A stretch of 61,942 nt of DNA from Candidatus Eiseniibacteriota bacterium (GCA_031370645.1 JANMQV010000148.1:1-61942); one strand, 5' to 3'. Positions 8,888-21,419 are shown, numbered from the stretch's first letter. Notes: generated by a model from the sequence alone, not told the origin. A program made the numbers and translations.

Positions 8888-11032
8888 CTAGACGCTAAGG
8901 GTGTCGGCCGGCGCAGCGGCTGGGCGCCGGCCGTACGTCCACGTGGCCCAGACCACAAACGCGACCACCGCGATGCTCTCCATGAGGTATCGCATGTCGT
9001 AGTAGTACGTCGAGAACTCGATGACCTGGGTAAAGGAAGCCAAGAGCAAGAGCGCGATCGGAATCTCTTCCCGCTTCTCCCACAGGAAGGCCGCCACGGT
9101 CAGGAACGAGAAGTAGTAGCAGGTCAGCTCCATGCTGATCGCGATCACTCCGAACCCGAACGCCGCCAAGACCCACCAGTCCATCTCGCGCCGCACCCCC
9201 CAGAAGAGAAGGGCCAGGTAGCCCACGACCAGAACCAGGAAGAGCGGCTGGCCGAAGATGCCGCGGAAGGCGCTCTTTCGCGCCTCGCGGAAATTGTGGA
9301 ACGGATCGGTCGAGCGCGGGTCGTACGACATCTTCTGCCGCGTCTCCCACCGGAATCCGACCATCGTTCGAAGCCCCATGTAGTTCGTGAGCGGCGAACC
9401 AGCGTGCTTCTTTGTGTTCTTCACGAACTCCGGCCAGGCCGACACACCTCCCGCCACCATGCTCGAGGCGGGGATGAGAATCGCCGTCGCAAGCGCCGCG
9501 CCGACCACGATGCTCATCCCCGTCCGGTCGAGACGCCGCTCGCGGAGGAAGATCCAGGCGAGCCGCATCCCGATCGCCACGAAGAATCCGACCGGGAAGA
9601 CGCGGAGGAGGGTCGAGAAGGCGAGGCACGCGCCGCCGAGCATCGGCTTCCCGCGCTTGAGGAAACAGATTCCCGCGACCGCTCCGAGGAACCAGTCCTG
9701 CCGGATGAAGCCGCCGCCGGTCCAGAAGTAGAGCGCCGGCTCGTTCGTCCCGAAAAAAAGCGCCGCCACGCACGCCACGCGCCATCCGAAGCCCCAGACG
9801 ATGAACGCGAACGCGATGCCCAGCAGAATCGGGTCGATCCACCCGAGGAAATCGAAGATGAGGGAATCCGACGCGGGCCCGAGATTCGAGAAGAACGATC
9901 CCGCCATGTTCCAGACAGGGGACGGATTGTAGCCGTGGTCCTGCAGCATCTTCTCCCACGACACGATTCCGGCCCGCTCGCGGAAGTAGGCGATGTCGTG
10001 CTTGAAGGCCTCCCAGCGCTCCGGCGTGAAGGGGCGACTGAAGCCGCGCTTGTAGCGCTCCGGATCTTCCAATACGTAGCGGGAAGGGATGATCTCATTC
10101 TTCCGCAGGTCACGGATCGTGCGGAGCTCCACCCGCCGGCGGAACCCCTGTTCCGCTTCCGCCAGGCTTGCGCACTCGTAGATGTGCGTGTAGCCGAGTT
10201 CGGGAAAATACTTCGCGCCGATGAAGTAATGGAAGAACTCGTGGTAGTGGATGCGGGTTGGGAAGTGATAGCCGCCCCAATTGTAGTAGCCGACGAAGCC
10301 GAGGAGCCCGAGTACCAGAAGCATCGCGTCTCGGAGGCGCTTGAGTTTTCCCGACTCCCCGCGCTGCTTGAGGGTCGAGCCCCACCAGAGGAGCGCTCCG
10401 CCGAGGAAGGCGAGGAGCGCTTTGAGGACATTCGCGTCGTGGCGCGTGAGCCCGGCCCACTCCCGCGGCCCCTTCGCAGGCGCCGGCGGCTTCGGCAATA
10501 CCGGGAGTGGTTCCGGCCACGCGGCAGGAATCTCGCAGAAGAGTTGAACCTCCGAGATCGTCCGCCCGCCGGGGCCGGTCGCTTCGCCGAACCGAACGAA
10601 TCGCCCACGCACCTCCGAGAGCAGCGTCGAGCGCGTCCGCTCCCCACGTCCATCGGTTTGGCCGACGTTCGGGACCGACCAGACTTCGTGATACGCGATG
10701 CCGTCGTCGGAGACTTGGAGCGAATAGGTGTTCCAGGCGTCGCCTTGAACCAGCGCGGCCGCGATCGGCATGTCGGCGCCGAGATCGAACGTGAGGGAGC
10801 CCGCCGCCGAGAGAAACTTGACGCCGCGAGCCGATCCCCAGGGGGCGCCTTCCTTGGAGCCCGCGTTGTCGAGCGCCAGCGAGACGAGACCGCCCGTGTC
10901 GAGAGAATCAACGAGTCGCGCCGCGGCGAGGAGGTTTCCCTGCGGGCAGGGAGCAGCGGCGGACTGCGGGAACCCGGGTGCGGCGAGAAGGAGCGCGAAG
11001 GTGGCCGCGAGAAGCGCTAGCCGGCTACGCAC
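8888..11032 (-). CDS. Multi-pass membrane protein with N-terminal discoidin/F5-8-like domain; putative GT-C glycosyltransferase
   Basis: Signal peptide, beta-sandwich segment (LTFDLG...YSLQVSDDG...RFVRF...ISEVQLF), then about 10 TM helices with loops HEFFHYFIGAKYFPELGY and DHGYNPSP. GTG 11032 overlaps the upstream stop. The GT-C call is inference. Confidence 0.7.
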   Translation of the reverse strand: MRSRLALLAATFALLLAAPGFPQSAAAPCPQGNLLAAARLVDSLDTGGLVSLALDNAGSKEGAPWGSARGVKFLSAAGSLTFDLGADMPIAAALVQGDAWNTYSLQVSDDGIAYHEVWSVPNVGQTDGRGERTRSTLLSEVRGRFVRFGEATGPGGRTISEVQLFCEIPAAWPEPLPVLPKPPAPAKGPREWAGLTRHDANVLKALLAFLGGALLWWGSTLKQRGESGKLKRLRDAMLLVLGLLGFVGYYNWGGYHFPTRIHYHEFFHYFIGAKYFPELGYTHIYECASLAEAEQGFRRRVELRTIRDLRKNEIIPSRYVLEDPERYKRGFSRPFTPERWEAFKHDIAYFRERAGIVSWEKMLQDHGYNPSPVWNMAGSFFSNLGPASDSLIFDFLGWIDPILLGIAFAFIVWGFGWRVACVAALFFGTNEPALYFWTGGGFIRQDWFLGAVAGICFLKRGKPMLGGACLAFSTLLRVFPVGFFVAIGMRLAWIFLRERRLDRTGMSIVVGAALATAILIPASSMVAGGVSAWPEFVKNTKKHAGSPLTNYMGLRTMVGFRWETRQKMSYDPRSTDPFHNFREARKSAFRGIFGQPLFLVLVVGYLALLFWGVRREMDWWVLAAFGFGVIAISMELTCYYFSFLTVAAFLWEKREEIPIALLLLASFTQVIEFSTYYYDMRYLMESIAVVAFVVWATWTYGRRPAAAPADTLSV

Positions 11033-11642
11033 CCGGCAGAATCCCGATCCAATCCCGCATGAGAAACTGCATGCGGGCGATGAGGAGCGAGACGCGCGCC
11101 ATGACCGTGTAGCCGAACGAGGCGCCGAACGCCACCATGAGGAACCAGATGCCAAGCCGAGCCGCGATGCCGTGGACCCCCTTGTGGGGAGCGGAGAAGA
11201 AGAAGTAGGCAAGCACGCTCAGAAATCCGAGCAGCACGAGCGCGGAACTCACGGCTCCCCACCCGGGCGCGAACGGCTTCAGCGCGTCGGCCACCTGGGC
11301 GAAGATCTGAGCCTGCAGATACGAGGGCACGGCGATCCCCGAATAGATCCCGACGTAGAAGGCGAGCGACCACCGCGCGATGCCCGACGTTCGCTCCCAG
11401 GCCCGTCCCAGAATGAGAATGCCCAGGACGAGCGGGATGATCGCCAGGAATTGCCCACGCTGGAGCTTTTCGATCACGTTCGGCCGAAGCACGTTCTGGT
11501 ACTGAACGGCGAGAAGGTAGCCGGCTGAAGCGCCGACGAAGAGATGCTCGGCGAATCGGTAGAGCGGATTGTCGCGATAGAGGAACGAGAAGACGCAGAG
11601 CGTCAGGATCGCCGCGATCCAGGTTCCGACGTCGTGGCTCAC
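11025..11642 (-). CDS. Uncharacterised membrane protein (module subunit B')
   Basis: 205 aa, ~6 TM; SFLYRDNPLYRFAEHLFVG and MVAFGASFGYTVMAR motifs; start overlaps the upstream stop (GTGA). Confidence 0.85.
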   Translation of the reverse strand: MSHDVGTWIAAILTLCVFSFLYRDNPLYRFAEHLFVGASAGYLLAVQYQNVLRPNVIEKLQRGQFLAIIPLVLGILILGRAWERTSGIARWSLAFYVGIYSGIAVPSYLQAQIFAQVADALKPFAPGWGAVSSALVLLGFLSVLAYFFFSAPHKGVHGIAARLGIWFLMVAFGASFGYTVMARVSLLIARMQFLMRDWIGILPGA

Positions 11643-12493
11643 GCGCCACCTCCGACCCGGCGTTTCAAACCGCCGGTGGCGAAGAGCGCGGCGTTCCCCA
11701 GCAACACGAGGATCACCACGATCAGGTGGACGAGGCTCTGCGCGTCCATGCCGCGGCGCCCATCCCCGACGATGCCCATGAGCCGCTCGTATTCCGCGGC
11801 GCCCTTCATGCCGCCGATTAGCCCCAGAATCTGCCCCGACGAGAGGTAAGGATAGTAGTCGGTGGCCATGACCGCGGTGGCGCCGAGGATCATCGGACGG
11901 TGGTAACGACTCGCCCCGATGCGGATGTAGTAGTCGGCGATCGTCGATCCCGAGAGATTGATGAGGAGCGGGAAGTCGGCGAAGGAGTTCGCCCGCTTCA
12001 TGAGCGAAATGGTGTCGGTGGCGGCGCCGTAGAAATCGCGCGGGAAGAGACCCTTGATGTTCTCCCCCAGACCGAGAACGACCGCCTGGTTTCCTGACTT
12101 GTACCCGAGAAATACGTAGTCGTCGTAGTTCCTCTTTCCTTCCGCCTCGGAAGCGATGGCAAGCGCCATCTCCACGAGGCGAGGCCCGGCGGGGTAGAGC
12201 GTCAGAATGATCGGCTTCAAGTGGCGGCGGAAGCAGTGCCGGAGAACCGCGATCGACATCGGCTGCAACTCCGCCATGATGTCGGGCTCATAGTCGAGCG
12301 ACATGAGGACGAGCGATCCCTCGGGCACCGCTTCGATGGCGTTGTAGGCGGCCTGCACGCGAGGCGACGGCGTCACCGGAAGATTGACGGGGAAAAGAAG
12401 CGGAAGGGCCGTGCCGACCCCGATCAGGACGAAGATCCAGCGGCGGTCGATCGCGAGGACGCGCCGCCAGAAGCCGTTCGGTTCCGCCGCCAC
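11639..12493 (-). CDS. Uncharacterised membrane-anchored protein (module subunit A')
   Basis: 284 aa; N- and C-terminal TM around an alpha/beta domain; DYVFLGY, YPYLSSGQILGLIGGMKGAAEYE, MDAQS. Confidence 0.85.
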   Translation of the reverse strand: MAAEPNGFWRRVLAIDRRWIFVLIGVGTALPLLFPVNLPVTPSPRVQAAYNAIEAVPEGSLVLMSLDYEPDIMAELQPMSIAVLRHCFRRHLKPIILTLYPAGPRLVEMALAIASEAEGKRNYDDYVFLGYKSGNQAVVLGLGENIKGLFPRDFYGAATDTISLMKRANSFADFPLLINLSGSTIADYYIRIGASRYHRPMILGATAVMATDYYPYLSSGQILGLIGGMKGAAEYERLMGIVGDGRRGMDAQSLVHLIVVILVLLGNAALFATGGLKRRVGGGA

Positions 12494-12496
12494 CGC

Positions 12497-13114
12497 CTAG
12501 GCCCTCCCCAGGTAGGAGCGGTCGATGCCGAGAATGATCTTGAGCGCGGTCGAGACAGCGCCGAGCCCGACTCCGATCGCCACCGCGCGTTTGGCGGCGA
12601 GGTTCGGCACGTCGAGGAGCCACTCGGTCAGAGGCGGAAATCCGCTCCAGACGAACTCGCCGATCGAGACGCGCCCAATCATCATGACGATGGCGGTGAC
12701 GAGGAGGAGGGTCGCTTCCACATTCCTCGCGCGGAAGGCGCGGAAGGCCGCGGATGCGATGAAGAAGGCGAGGAGCGAGAACATCGTCGAGGCGAGCGGC
12801 GCGTTGACCGAATCGTAGATCTGTCCGACGAGCGTCGTCCCGCTGACTCCCTGGACGACGCCGAGCGCCGTCACGCCGGTCAGGGCGACCAGGGTGACCG
12901 CGCTGTAGAACCATCCCTCCGCCCGCTGGAAGACTTTCTTCTGGTGCGACATCCAAAGCGCGATCGATCCGAGGATCAGCGCGAAGGTGTAGACCACGTC
13001 GGCCCACTCCAAGATGACCGACTGCGTCTCCTGGGCCGCGTGATGGGGGATGAAGAAGATGGCGATGAGGGTGGTGCCGGTGAGAAACGTGACGACGAGT
13101 GGTCCGAAGCGCAT
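12497..13114 (-). CDS. Uncharacterised membrane protein (module subunit B)
   Basis: 205 aa, ~6 TM; STMFSLLAFFIASAAFRAFRARNVEA and KIILGIDRSY motifs. Confidence 0.85.
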   Translation of the reverse strand: MRFGPLVVTFLTGTTLIAIFFIPHHAAQETQSVILEWADVVYTFALILGSIALWMSHQKKVFQRAEGWFYSAVTLVALTGVTALGVVQGVSGTTLVGQIYDSVNAPLASTMFSLLAFFIASAAFRAFRARNVEATLLLVTAIVMMIGRVSIGEFVWSGFPPLTEWLLDVPNLAAKRAVAIGVGLGAVSTALKIILGIDRSYLGRA

Positions 13115-13131
13115 GGTCCGCGTCTACCCTC

Positions 13132-13929
13132 TCACGATGTCTTGAGGAGCCGGCCGAGCCACGGGTGGCCGAGAGCCGAGAGGATGATCGCCAGAACGAT
13201 CATGCCGGCGGCGAGCGCCTTGGCCCAGTCCTGGGCGGCGATCGTCGCCAACTGGATCGGTTCCCGACCCAAATAGGCGCTGGCGGCGTAGAGCTCCTCC
13301 CCGAGGAGCGTGTAGTCGCACGAGCAGACGAAGAAGGGCAACTGCGTCACCTGATCGCATCCCGCGATCTGGATCGCGCCGGTCAGGTTTCCCGTCTCCG
13401 CGAGGAAGAGCGACTCGGCGTAGAAGGCGCCCATGTAGATGTTCGTGGCCGGCCGGTCGCGCATCATCGTTCCGGTCACGGAGGCGACGTAGGCGAACTG
13501 CGTGGCGCTCACGTAATAGACGCACCCGGGGCGAAACGCGTCGGCGCGATTCGCCTCGCGATACGCCTCGCGCGTGGTGCCGTCGATGAGGGCGGTGACG
13601 ACCGGGTCGTAGCAGGGGATGCGGAGATCGCATCCGAGTTCCGCCACGCGACGGGCGACCTTGCTCGAGATCGTGATCGCGGCCAGCGTTCCGACTTCGC
13701 TCATGTCGCCGATACCGGGGATGAAGAGGACGGGGCGGCCCATCTCGGTCGCGCGGCCGATCGCTTCGTCGAGCGCTTTGAGGCCGGCGATGGGTCGAAT
13801 GTAGAGTCCGTCCGGGGATCTGCGAGCGCGCCAGATGTTGATCGCGAGGAAGGTAATAAACAGAAGGAGTCCGACGAGCATGTTGAGACGGTTCGGGTCG
13901 AACCAGCGCGTGTCGAGCGTCTCACCCAT
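13132..13929 (-). CDS. DUF6754-like membrane-anchored protein (module subunit A)
   Basis: IRPIAGLKALDEAIGRATEMGRP, FYAESL, GAIQIAG, DYTLLGEELYAASAYL. The DUF6754 assignment is from recall of the family. Confidence 0.8.
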   Translation of the reverse strand: MGETLDTRWFDPNRLNMLVGLLLFITFLAINIWRARRSPDGLYIRPIAGLKALDEAIGRATEMGRPVLFIPGIGDMSEVGTLAAITISSKVARRVAELGCDLRIPCYDPVVTALIDGTTREAYREANRADAFRPGCVYYVSATQFAYVASVTGTMMRDRPATNIYMGAFYAESLFLAETGNLTGAIQIAGCDQVTQLPFFVCSCDYTLLGEELYAASAYLGREPIQLATIAAQDWAKALAAGMIVLAIILSALGHPWLGRLLKTS

Positions 13930-13962
13930 CACCGATACGCTAGCACGCGCTTGGGAGAAGGG

Positions 13963-15906
13963 TCAACGGCGGGCGGGCACCGGGGCGGTGGGCTGGTCTG
14001 AATCCTTCAAGAATTCCGCCAATTGTCGGGCCGCCGCCGGATCGAGCCGCTGGATGGCGGTCCGCTCCTTTGCCGCCCGCTCCTTGTCGCCCAGGCGAAG
14101 ATAGGCGAGGGCGAGGTTCATGCGGGCTTGAAGCGATGCCGGCGCCAACTCCACGGCCTTCTCGTAGGCGCGCCGCGCCTCCTCCAGCCGTCCCTGGCTC
14201 CCGTAGAGCGCGCCCAGGTTGTTCCAGGCGCCCACGTGCGTCGAATCGATGGCGAGCGCCTTCCGGTAGGCCACCGCCGCGCCCGCCGCATCGTCCGTCG
14301 CCGCGAGCGAGACGCCGTAGTTGTACCAGAGTGGCGCCTGCGTTCCGTCGAGTTCCACCGCCCGTCGAGAAGCGGCGATCGCCTCCGCCCGTTTTCCCTG
14401 CTGTGTCAGCGCGTCGCCGAGATTCGCCCACGCCTCCGCGTTCTTCGGGTCGAGAATGGTCGCGCGGCGGGCCGAATCCTCCGCGTCCGCCCAACGTCCC
14501 ATCATGCCCAGCACGAGCGCGCGCGTCGAGAACGCGCCCGTAAGCGTCGAATCGCGCTCGATCGCGTGGTCGAGTGCCGAGAGCGCGGCCGGAGCGTCTC
14601 CGAACGCGGCGTGTTGATCGGCCAGGCGAAGATAGGGCTCCGGATCGTGGGGCGCCGCCTCGGCCGATGCCTGAAGAAGTGCGACGTTATCCCTCCAGAC
14701 CGGAATCCGGCCGATCGTGGCGTAGGCCGCGAGCCCCGCGGCGACGAGCCCGAGTGCCACGGCGAGCGTGCGGGCTCCGCGCGGCGGCGCGGCGATCCAG
14801 GAGAGGAACGAGGCGACGAGGAGGCAGTATGCGACCAAGGGGAGATAGGCGAGCCGCTCTGCTACGTAGGGCCCGCCGAGGGGCGCGAAGGGGAGCGCCG
14901 GGACGAGTCCCACGGCGAGCGCGCGCACCCCGAATTGCGCGAGCGGGTCGCTTCGACGCCACCAGACGAACGCCGCGATGATGGCCACGAGCGGAACGAG
15001 CGGGACCCAAGGGATCGCCGATGCCGCGTCCGCCGAAAGCGAGCGGATCGCGTTCAACGGGTGCGGCCAGGCGAGGAGGGCGAGGTAATCGCCGAGCGCG
15101 TGAAAGATCGCCGCTCCCTCGCGCCCGACGGGGATGCCGCGTTCGACGAGCGGGAGGTGCGCGGTAGACGGCGCGAGGACGTGAAGCAGAAGAGCCCCGA
15201 TCCCGATGGCGAAGAAGCCCGCGTAGGCCGCTTTTCGCTCCGAGAGCGCGCTGCGCGGACTCCCGCTCCGATCGAGCGCGAAGAGGAGGAACGGCAGGAC
15301 GACCGCCGAGACATCGCTCGCGGCCGCCACGATCGCGAGCGCGAACGCGAGCCAGAGTTCCTTCGACCGAAGCCCGCCGCTCCGCGCTCCCGGGAGCCGG
15401 GCTGCGAGGAGCGCCGCCATGGAGAAGACGGCGGCCGTCATCGCCGCCCGCCCCGAGATGAAGGCGACCGACTCGACGTGGAGGGGGTGGGCGCCGAAGA
15501 GAAGTGATGCCGCGAACGCGATTCCGGCCGACGCGCCGAGGTGGATCGCCAGATGAAAGAAGAGCCAGGCTCCGGCGGCGTGGAGGAGGAGGTTCGTGAA
15601 ATGAAAGAGGGCCGGATTTCCCGCTCCGAGCGCCCACTCGCCGCGTTGGAGGAGATTCAGGAAGGGATGGAGTCCCCCTCCTCCGATTCCCGCCGCGCCC
15701 CGCGTAGTGGCCAGCAGGGCGTCATCCCAGACCCAGCCGAACTGGAGGGCGGGGAGGTAAAGGAGGCCCACCAAGAAGCCAGCGAGCACCGCGAGGAGAT
15801 TCGGGCTCAGGCGGGGAAACGCGAATCGAGAGCCGCCGCCCCGTTCTTCCTTCGCGGCGCGGCCTTTGCGAGGCGGTCCCTTGAGGGCTTCCTTCCGATT
15901 CGGCAC
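13963..15906 (-). CDS. TMTC-like membrane protein with C-terminal TPR repeats (putative protein O-mannosyltransferase)
   Basis: WVWDD in the first loop, HPLHVESVAFISGR, AERLAYLP, VWRDN, then several TPR repeats (AWANLG, AWNNLG). The ORF extends to 16005; GTG 15906 is preferred because 16005 collides with the SD of the divergent gene. Confidence 0.8.
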   Translation of the reverse strand: MPNRKEALKGPPRKGRAAKEERGGGSRFAFPRLSPNLLAVLAGFLVGLLYLPALQFGWVWDDALLATTRGAAGIGGGGLHPFLNLLQRGEWALGAGNPALFHFTNLLLHAAGAWLFFHLAIHLGASAGIAFAASLLFGAHPLHVESVAFISGRAAMTAAVFSMAALLAARLPGARSGGLRSKELWLAFALAIVAAASDVSAVVLPFLLFALDRSGSPRSALSERKAAYAGFFAIGIGALLLHVLAPSTAHLPLVERGIPVGREGAAIFHALGDYLALLAWPHPLNAIRSLSADAASAIPWVPLVPLVAIIAAFVWWRRSDPLAQFGVRALAVGLVPALPFAPLGGPYVAERLAYLPLVAYCLLVASFLSWIAAPPRGARTLAVALGLVAAGLAAYATIGRIPVWRDNVALLQASAEAAPHDPEPYLRLADQHAAFGDAPAALSALDHAIERDSTLTGAFSTRALVLGMMGRWADAEDSARRATILDPKNAEAWANLGDALTQQGKRAEAIAASRRAVELDGTQAPLWYNYGVSLAATDDAAGAAVAYRKALAIDSTHVGAWNNLGALYGSQGRLEEARRAYEKAVELAPASLQARMNLALAYLRLGDKERAAKERTAIQRLDPAAARQLAEFLKDSDQPTAPVPARR

Positions 15907-16007
15907 GGCGGTAGAGTGCCCGTCACCGAGTCGCGTTGCAAGGGGGTCGTTCGGAAGCGCCGTTCCGGCCCGCCCGGCGACCTCGCCTTCACGGATAGGA
16001 GGCACGC

Positions 16008-16898
16008 ATGGCTGACGTCATCGACGAGCGGATCCGAGCCATCCAGATTACCTCGGGCATCGGGTTCACCGCAGGCGCGTTCCTCGTCGCGCTTTCGCTC
16101 TTTCTCTACCCGTCGCTCCCGGCGGCCAACGAGACGAACAAAATCGTCGAGATCCTTTCGAAGCAGGAGTCGGGCGGCTGGATGATGCTCCACGCCGCGC
16201 TCGTGCTCGGGTTCGTCCTCGTGGCCATCGGATTCACGGGGTACGGATTCCTGCTCCATCTCAAAGGCTCCTCGGGCGCGGCGGCGATCATCACGGCCTG
16301 CTCGCTCATCGGAGGCACTCTTTGGGCCGCGTTCATGAGCGCGGAGTTTTTCGTTCACCCCTTCATCATGAACCTGGTTTCGATCGAGCCGGGGCTCGGC
16401 ACGATGCTCTTCAGCATCTACTGGTTCTGGAAACTCGGCGCCATCGCGATCGCCGCCGTGCTCCTCTTCGCGGCGGTCGCCGCGGCCGGGTTGGCCGGCA
16501 CGTCGCGCGGGCTCCAGCCGGTCTGGCTCGGGTGGGGCGGCGCCTTCTTCGCCGTCCTCGGAATCCTCGTTTACGTGATCGATTTCCTTTCGGCGGGCGC
16601 GACCGGCGCGCCGATCAATCCGCTCCGCACACCGTTCGTCCGCTTCGCCGTGGGTCTCCCGCTCCAGCTCTGGCTCGGCGGCGTTGGTGTGATGATGCTG
16701 ATGGAGTGGGCGAACAAGAGGCCGGTAGGGTCGGGCATCGGTGGGCGTCGCGACACCGTTCAGACCACGGGACGGGCGCCGAAGGCGTCGCTCGAGCAGA
16801 AGCCGTCGATGGAGCGCCAGCGTCCGGGGGCGCCGCCAGTAGGGCCGTCGGGGCCGTCGGGCTCTGAGCCGCCGCCCTTGCCGCCGCCGATTCCGTAA
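16008..16898 (+). CDS. Hypothetical membrane protein (~6 TM) with Pro-rich C-terminus
   Basis: SD AGGAGG; hydrophobic helices; tail PPPLPPPIP. Confidence 0.75.
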   Translation: MADVIDERIRAIQITSGIGFTAGAFLVALSLFLYPSLPAANETNKIVEILSKQESGGWMMLHAALVLGFVLVAIGFTGYGFLLHLKGSSGAAAIITACSLIGGTLWAAFMSAEFFVHPFIMNLVSIEPGLGTMLFSIYWFWKLGAIAIAAVLLFAAVAAAGLAGTSRGLQPVWLGWGGAFFAVLGILVYVIDFLSAGATGAPINPLRTPFVRFAVGLPLQLWLGGVGVMMLMEWANKRPVGSGIGGRRDTVQTTGRAPKASLEQKPSMERQRPGAPPVGPSGPSGSEPPPLPPPIP

Positions 16899-16928
16899 TG
16901 GGGGCTTGCCAGCGGGTGTGAGCCGAGG

Positions 16929-17582
16929 CTACGGAGCGGGCGTGACGGGGGCGATCATGCTTCGAACGATCGGCCGGAGTCCCGCGAAGAACGATTCGAC
17001 GGCGATGACCATCACGATGAGGCCCATGAGGCGGGTGAGGACCTTGTTGCCGCTCGAGCCGATGCGAGCGAGGATCCGCTGCCCGTTGACCAGGATGAGA
17101 TAGGTCAGCACGATCACGACCAGCATCGCCGCGAAGAGCTCCGCCCGGTGGACCAGGGTGGAGCTTTCGTTCATCAGGAGGATCACGCTCGTGATGGTGC
17201 CGGGGCCGGCGAGCATCGGGGTGCCAAGCGGCGTGATGGCGATGTCCTCAACGTACTCCGACACCGATTCGTCGTCGTGCTTCGTACGCGTCGGGCGCGC
17301 CTGAAGCATTTCGAAGCCGATGAGAAAGAAGAGAATCCCCCCCACGATCCGCATGCTGTCGGTGGAGATGTTGAAGAACTGAAAAATCCACCGGCCTCCC
17401 ACCGCGAAGAGAACCATCACGAGAAGCGCCGTGGTCGTCGCCTTGAGCGCCACGCGCCGCGCGTGCGCGGGCGCGAGTTTCGACGTCATGGAGAGATAGA
17501 TCGGCACGACCGGGAGCGGATTCACCATCGTGAAGAGAGTGACGAAGCAGAGAATTGCGAACTGGGGGTTCGTCTCAAGCAT
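16929..17582 (-). CDS. MarC family membrane protein
   Basis: LFTMVNP, IAITPLGTPMLAGPGTI, RLMGLI. Confidence 0.92.
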   Translation of the reverse strand: MLETNPQFAILCFVTLFTMVNPLPVVPIYLSMTSKLAPAHARRVALKATTTALLVMVLFAVGGRWIFQFFNISTDSMRIVGGILFFLIGFEMLQARPTRTKHDDESVSEYVEDIAITPLGTPMLAGPGTITSVILLMNESSTLVHRAELFAAMLVVIVLTYLILVNGQRILARIGSSGNKVLTRLMGLIVMVIAVESFFAGLRPIVRSMIAPVTPAP

Positions 17583-17639
17583 GAGGCGGAGCCTAGCGCA
17601 CCGGGATCGAAAGCGAAACGATGCGTTGGGGCAAGTGAA

Positions 17640-17668
17640 CGGCCCCGGAGCCGAAGCCCCGGGGCCGC
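17640..17668. terminator. GC hairpin downstream of nrdJ, possible terminator
   Basis: CGGCCCCGG...CCGGGGCCG stem; U-tract weak on both strands. Confidence 0.4.
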
Positions 17669-17715
17669 TTTCGGATGGCTAGAACGCCGCGTTACCGCGA
17701 CACCAGATCAGCCGA

Positions 17716-20547
<2,832 letters not shown>

Positions 20548-20696
20548 TCTCCAGCACCTCTTGTGGAGTCAACCCGCCCCGGGACCCGCTTTCCCTGCGT
20601 GGCCCCTTCCGCTCTCCCGGGTGGAGTCCCCGGGCACCGTGTTTCGAACCAGGGTCGCACCGTAGACGACGGGGTGCGTAGCGGGTCAACGAAAAA

Positions 20697-20743
20697 ACAC
20701 AACATCTTGGGGTGCACCACGATAATACCCCAACCGGTTGAGC
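20697..20743. promoter_or_regulatory. Tandem NrdR-box-like operators
   Basis: ACACAACATCTTGGGG (20697-20712) and the weaker CCCCAACCGGTTGAGC (20728-20743) start 31 bp apart, upstream of nrdJ. Confidence 0.75.
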
Positions 20744-20954
20744 GGGAGAACCGCTTCCTGACGGCCCTGGGCGCCCCTCCTGACAGTTTTGGCCCGTCCG
20801 TATCACTCTTTTGACGCTTCCTGCCCCCGGCAGGTTGAGGGAATGCGGCTTTTGGGGCCGTCAGAAACCGGAAAAATCGCATTCCCACGGCTCCGGGGGA
20901 GTTTGCCTTTCCGGCGCGGCGGGCGGTACGATGCGGTCCGGAAAGGGGGGGAAC

Positions 20955-21380
20955 ATGCCGAGCGACTTTTGTTACCGCGACGATTCGGACGTTTATGTCA
21001 CCGTCTACTGGGGATCCGTCTCCATCGTCGATATCTTGGAGACCATCCTGAAACGCGCCCACGACCCCGATCTCAAGGCCGCCAAGGCGCACCTGGTGGA
21101 CCTGTCCCATGCGGCTTGGACCGAGACGCCGCCGATGCAGGTCCACGAGGAACTGTCTCGACTCCGCCCCGCGTTCGCCCCACCCAAGATTCCAACCGCC
21201 TTCGTGACGCCCGGGGATTTCTTCTACGGCTTTGCGCGCATGTACGCGCTCATGGAAGTGATCTACGGCGCCGCGAAGGTCGAAGTCTACCGAAGCTGGG
21301 ACGCGGCCTCCGCCGCGCTCGGCATCCCGCTCGCGTCCGCCGAGGCGTGGGCGCGCGATCGAAGCCGCGCCGAAACGTAA
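20955..21380 (+). CDS. Hypothetical protein (possibly STAS/SpoIIAA-like fold)
   Basis: SD GGGGG before ATG 20955; HLVDLS...TAFVT...YGFARMY...AEAW pattern. Confidence 0.65.
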   Translation: MPSDFCYRDDSDVYVTVYWGSVSIVDILETILKRAHDPDLKAAKAHLVDLSHAAWTETPPMQVHEELSRLRPAFAPPKIPTAFVTPGDFFYGFARMYALMEVIYGAAKVEVYRSWDAASAALGIPLASAEAWARDRSRAET

Positions 21381-21419
21381 GTTCCGCGCACCGTCGTCGT
21401 TCCAAATCGGGGGATGTTC

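Noticed and set aside
20830-20890. AGGTTGAGGGAATGCGG...CGCATTCCC near nrdJ, resembling the start of a cobalamin riboswitch
   Set aside because: It is on the wrong strand for nrdJ and lacks the downstream GCxACTGT and B12-box elements; only a 9-bp inverted repeat remains.
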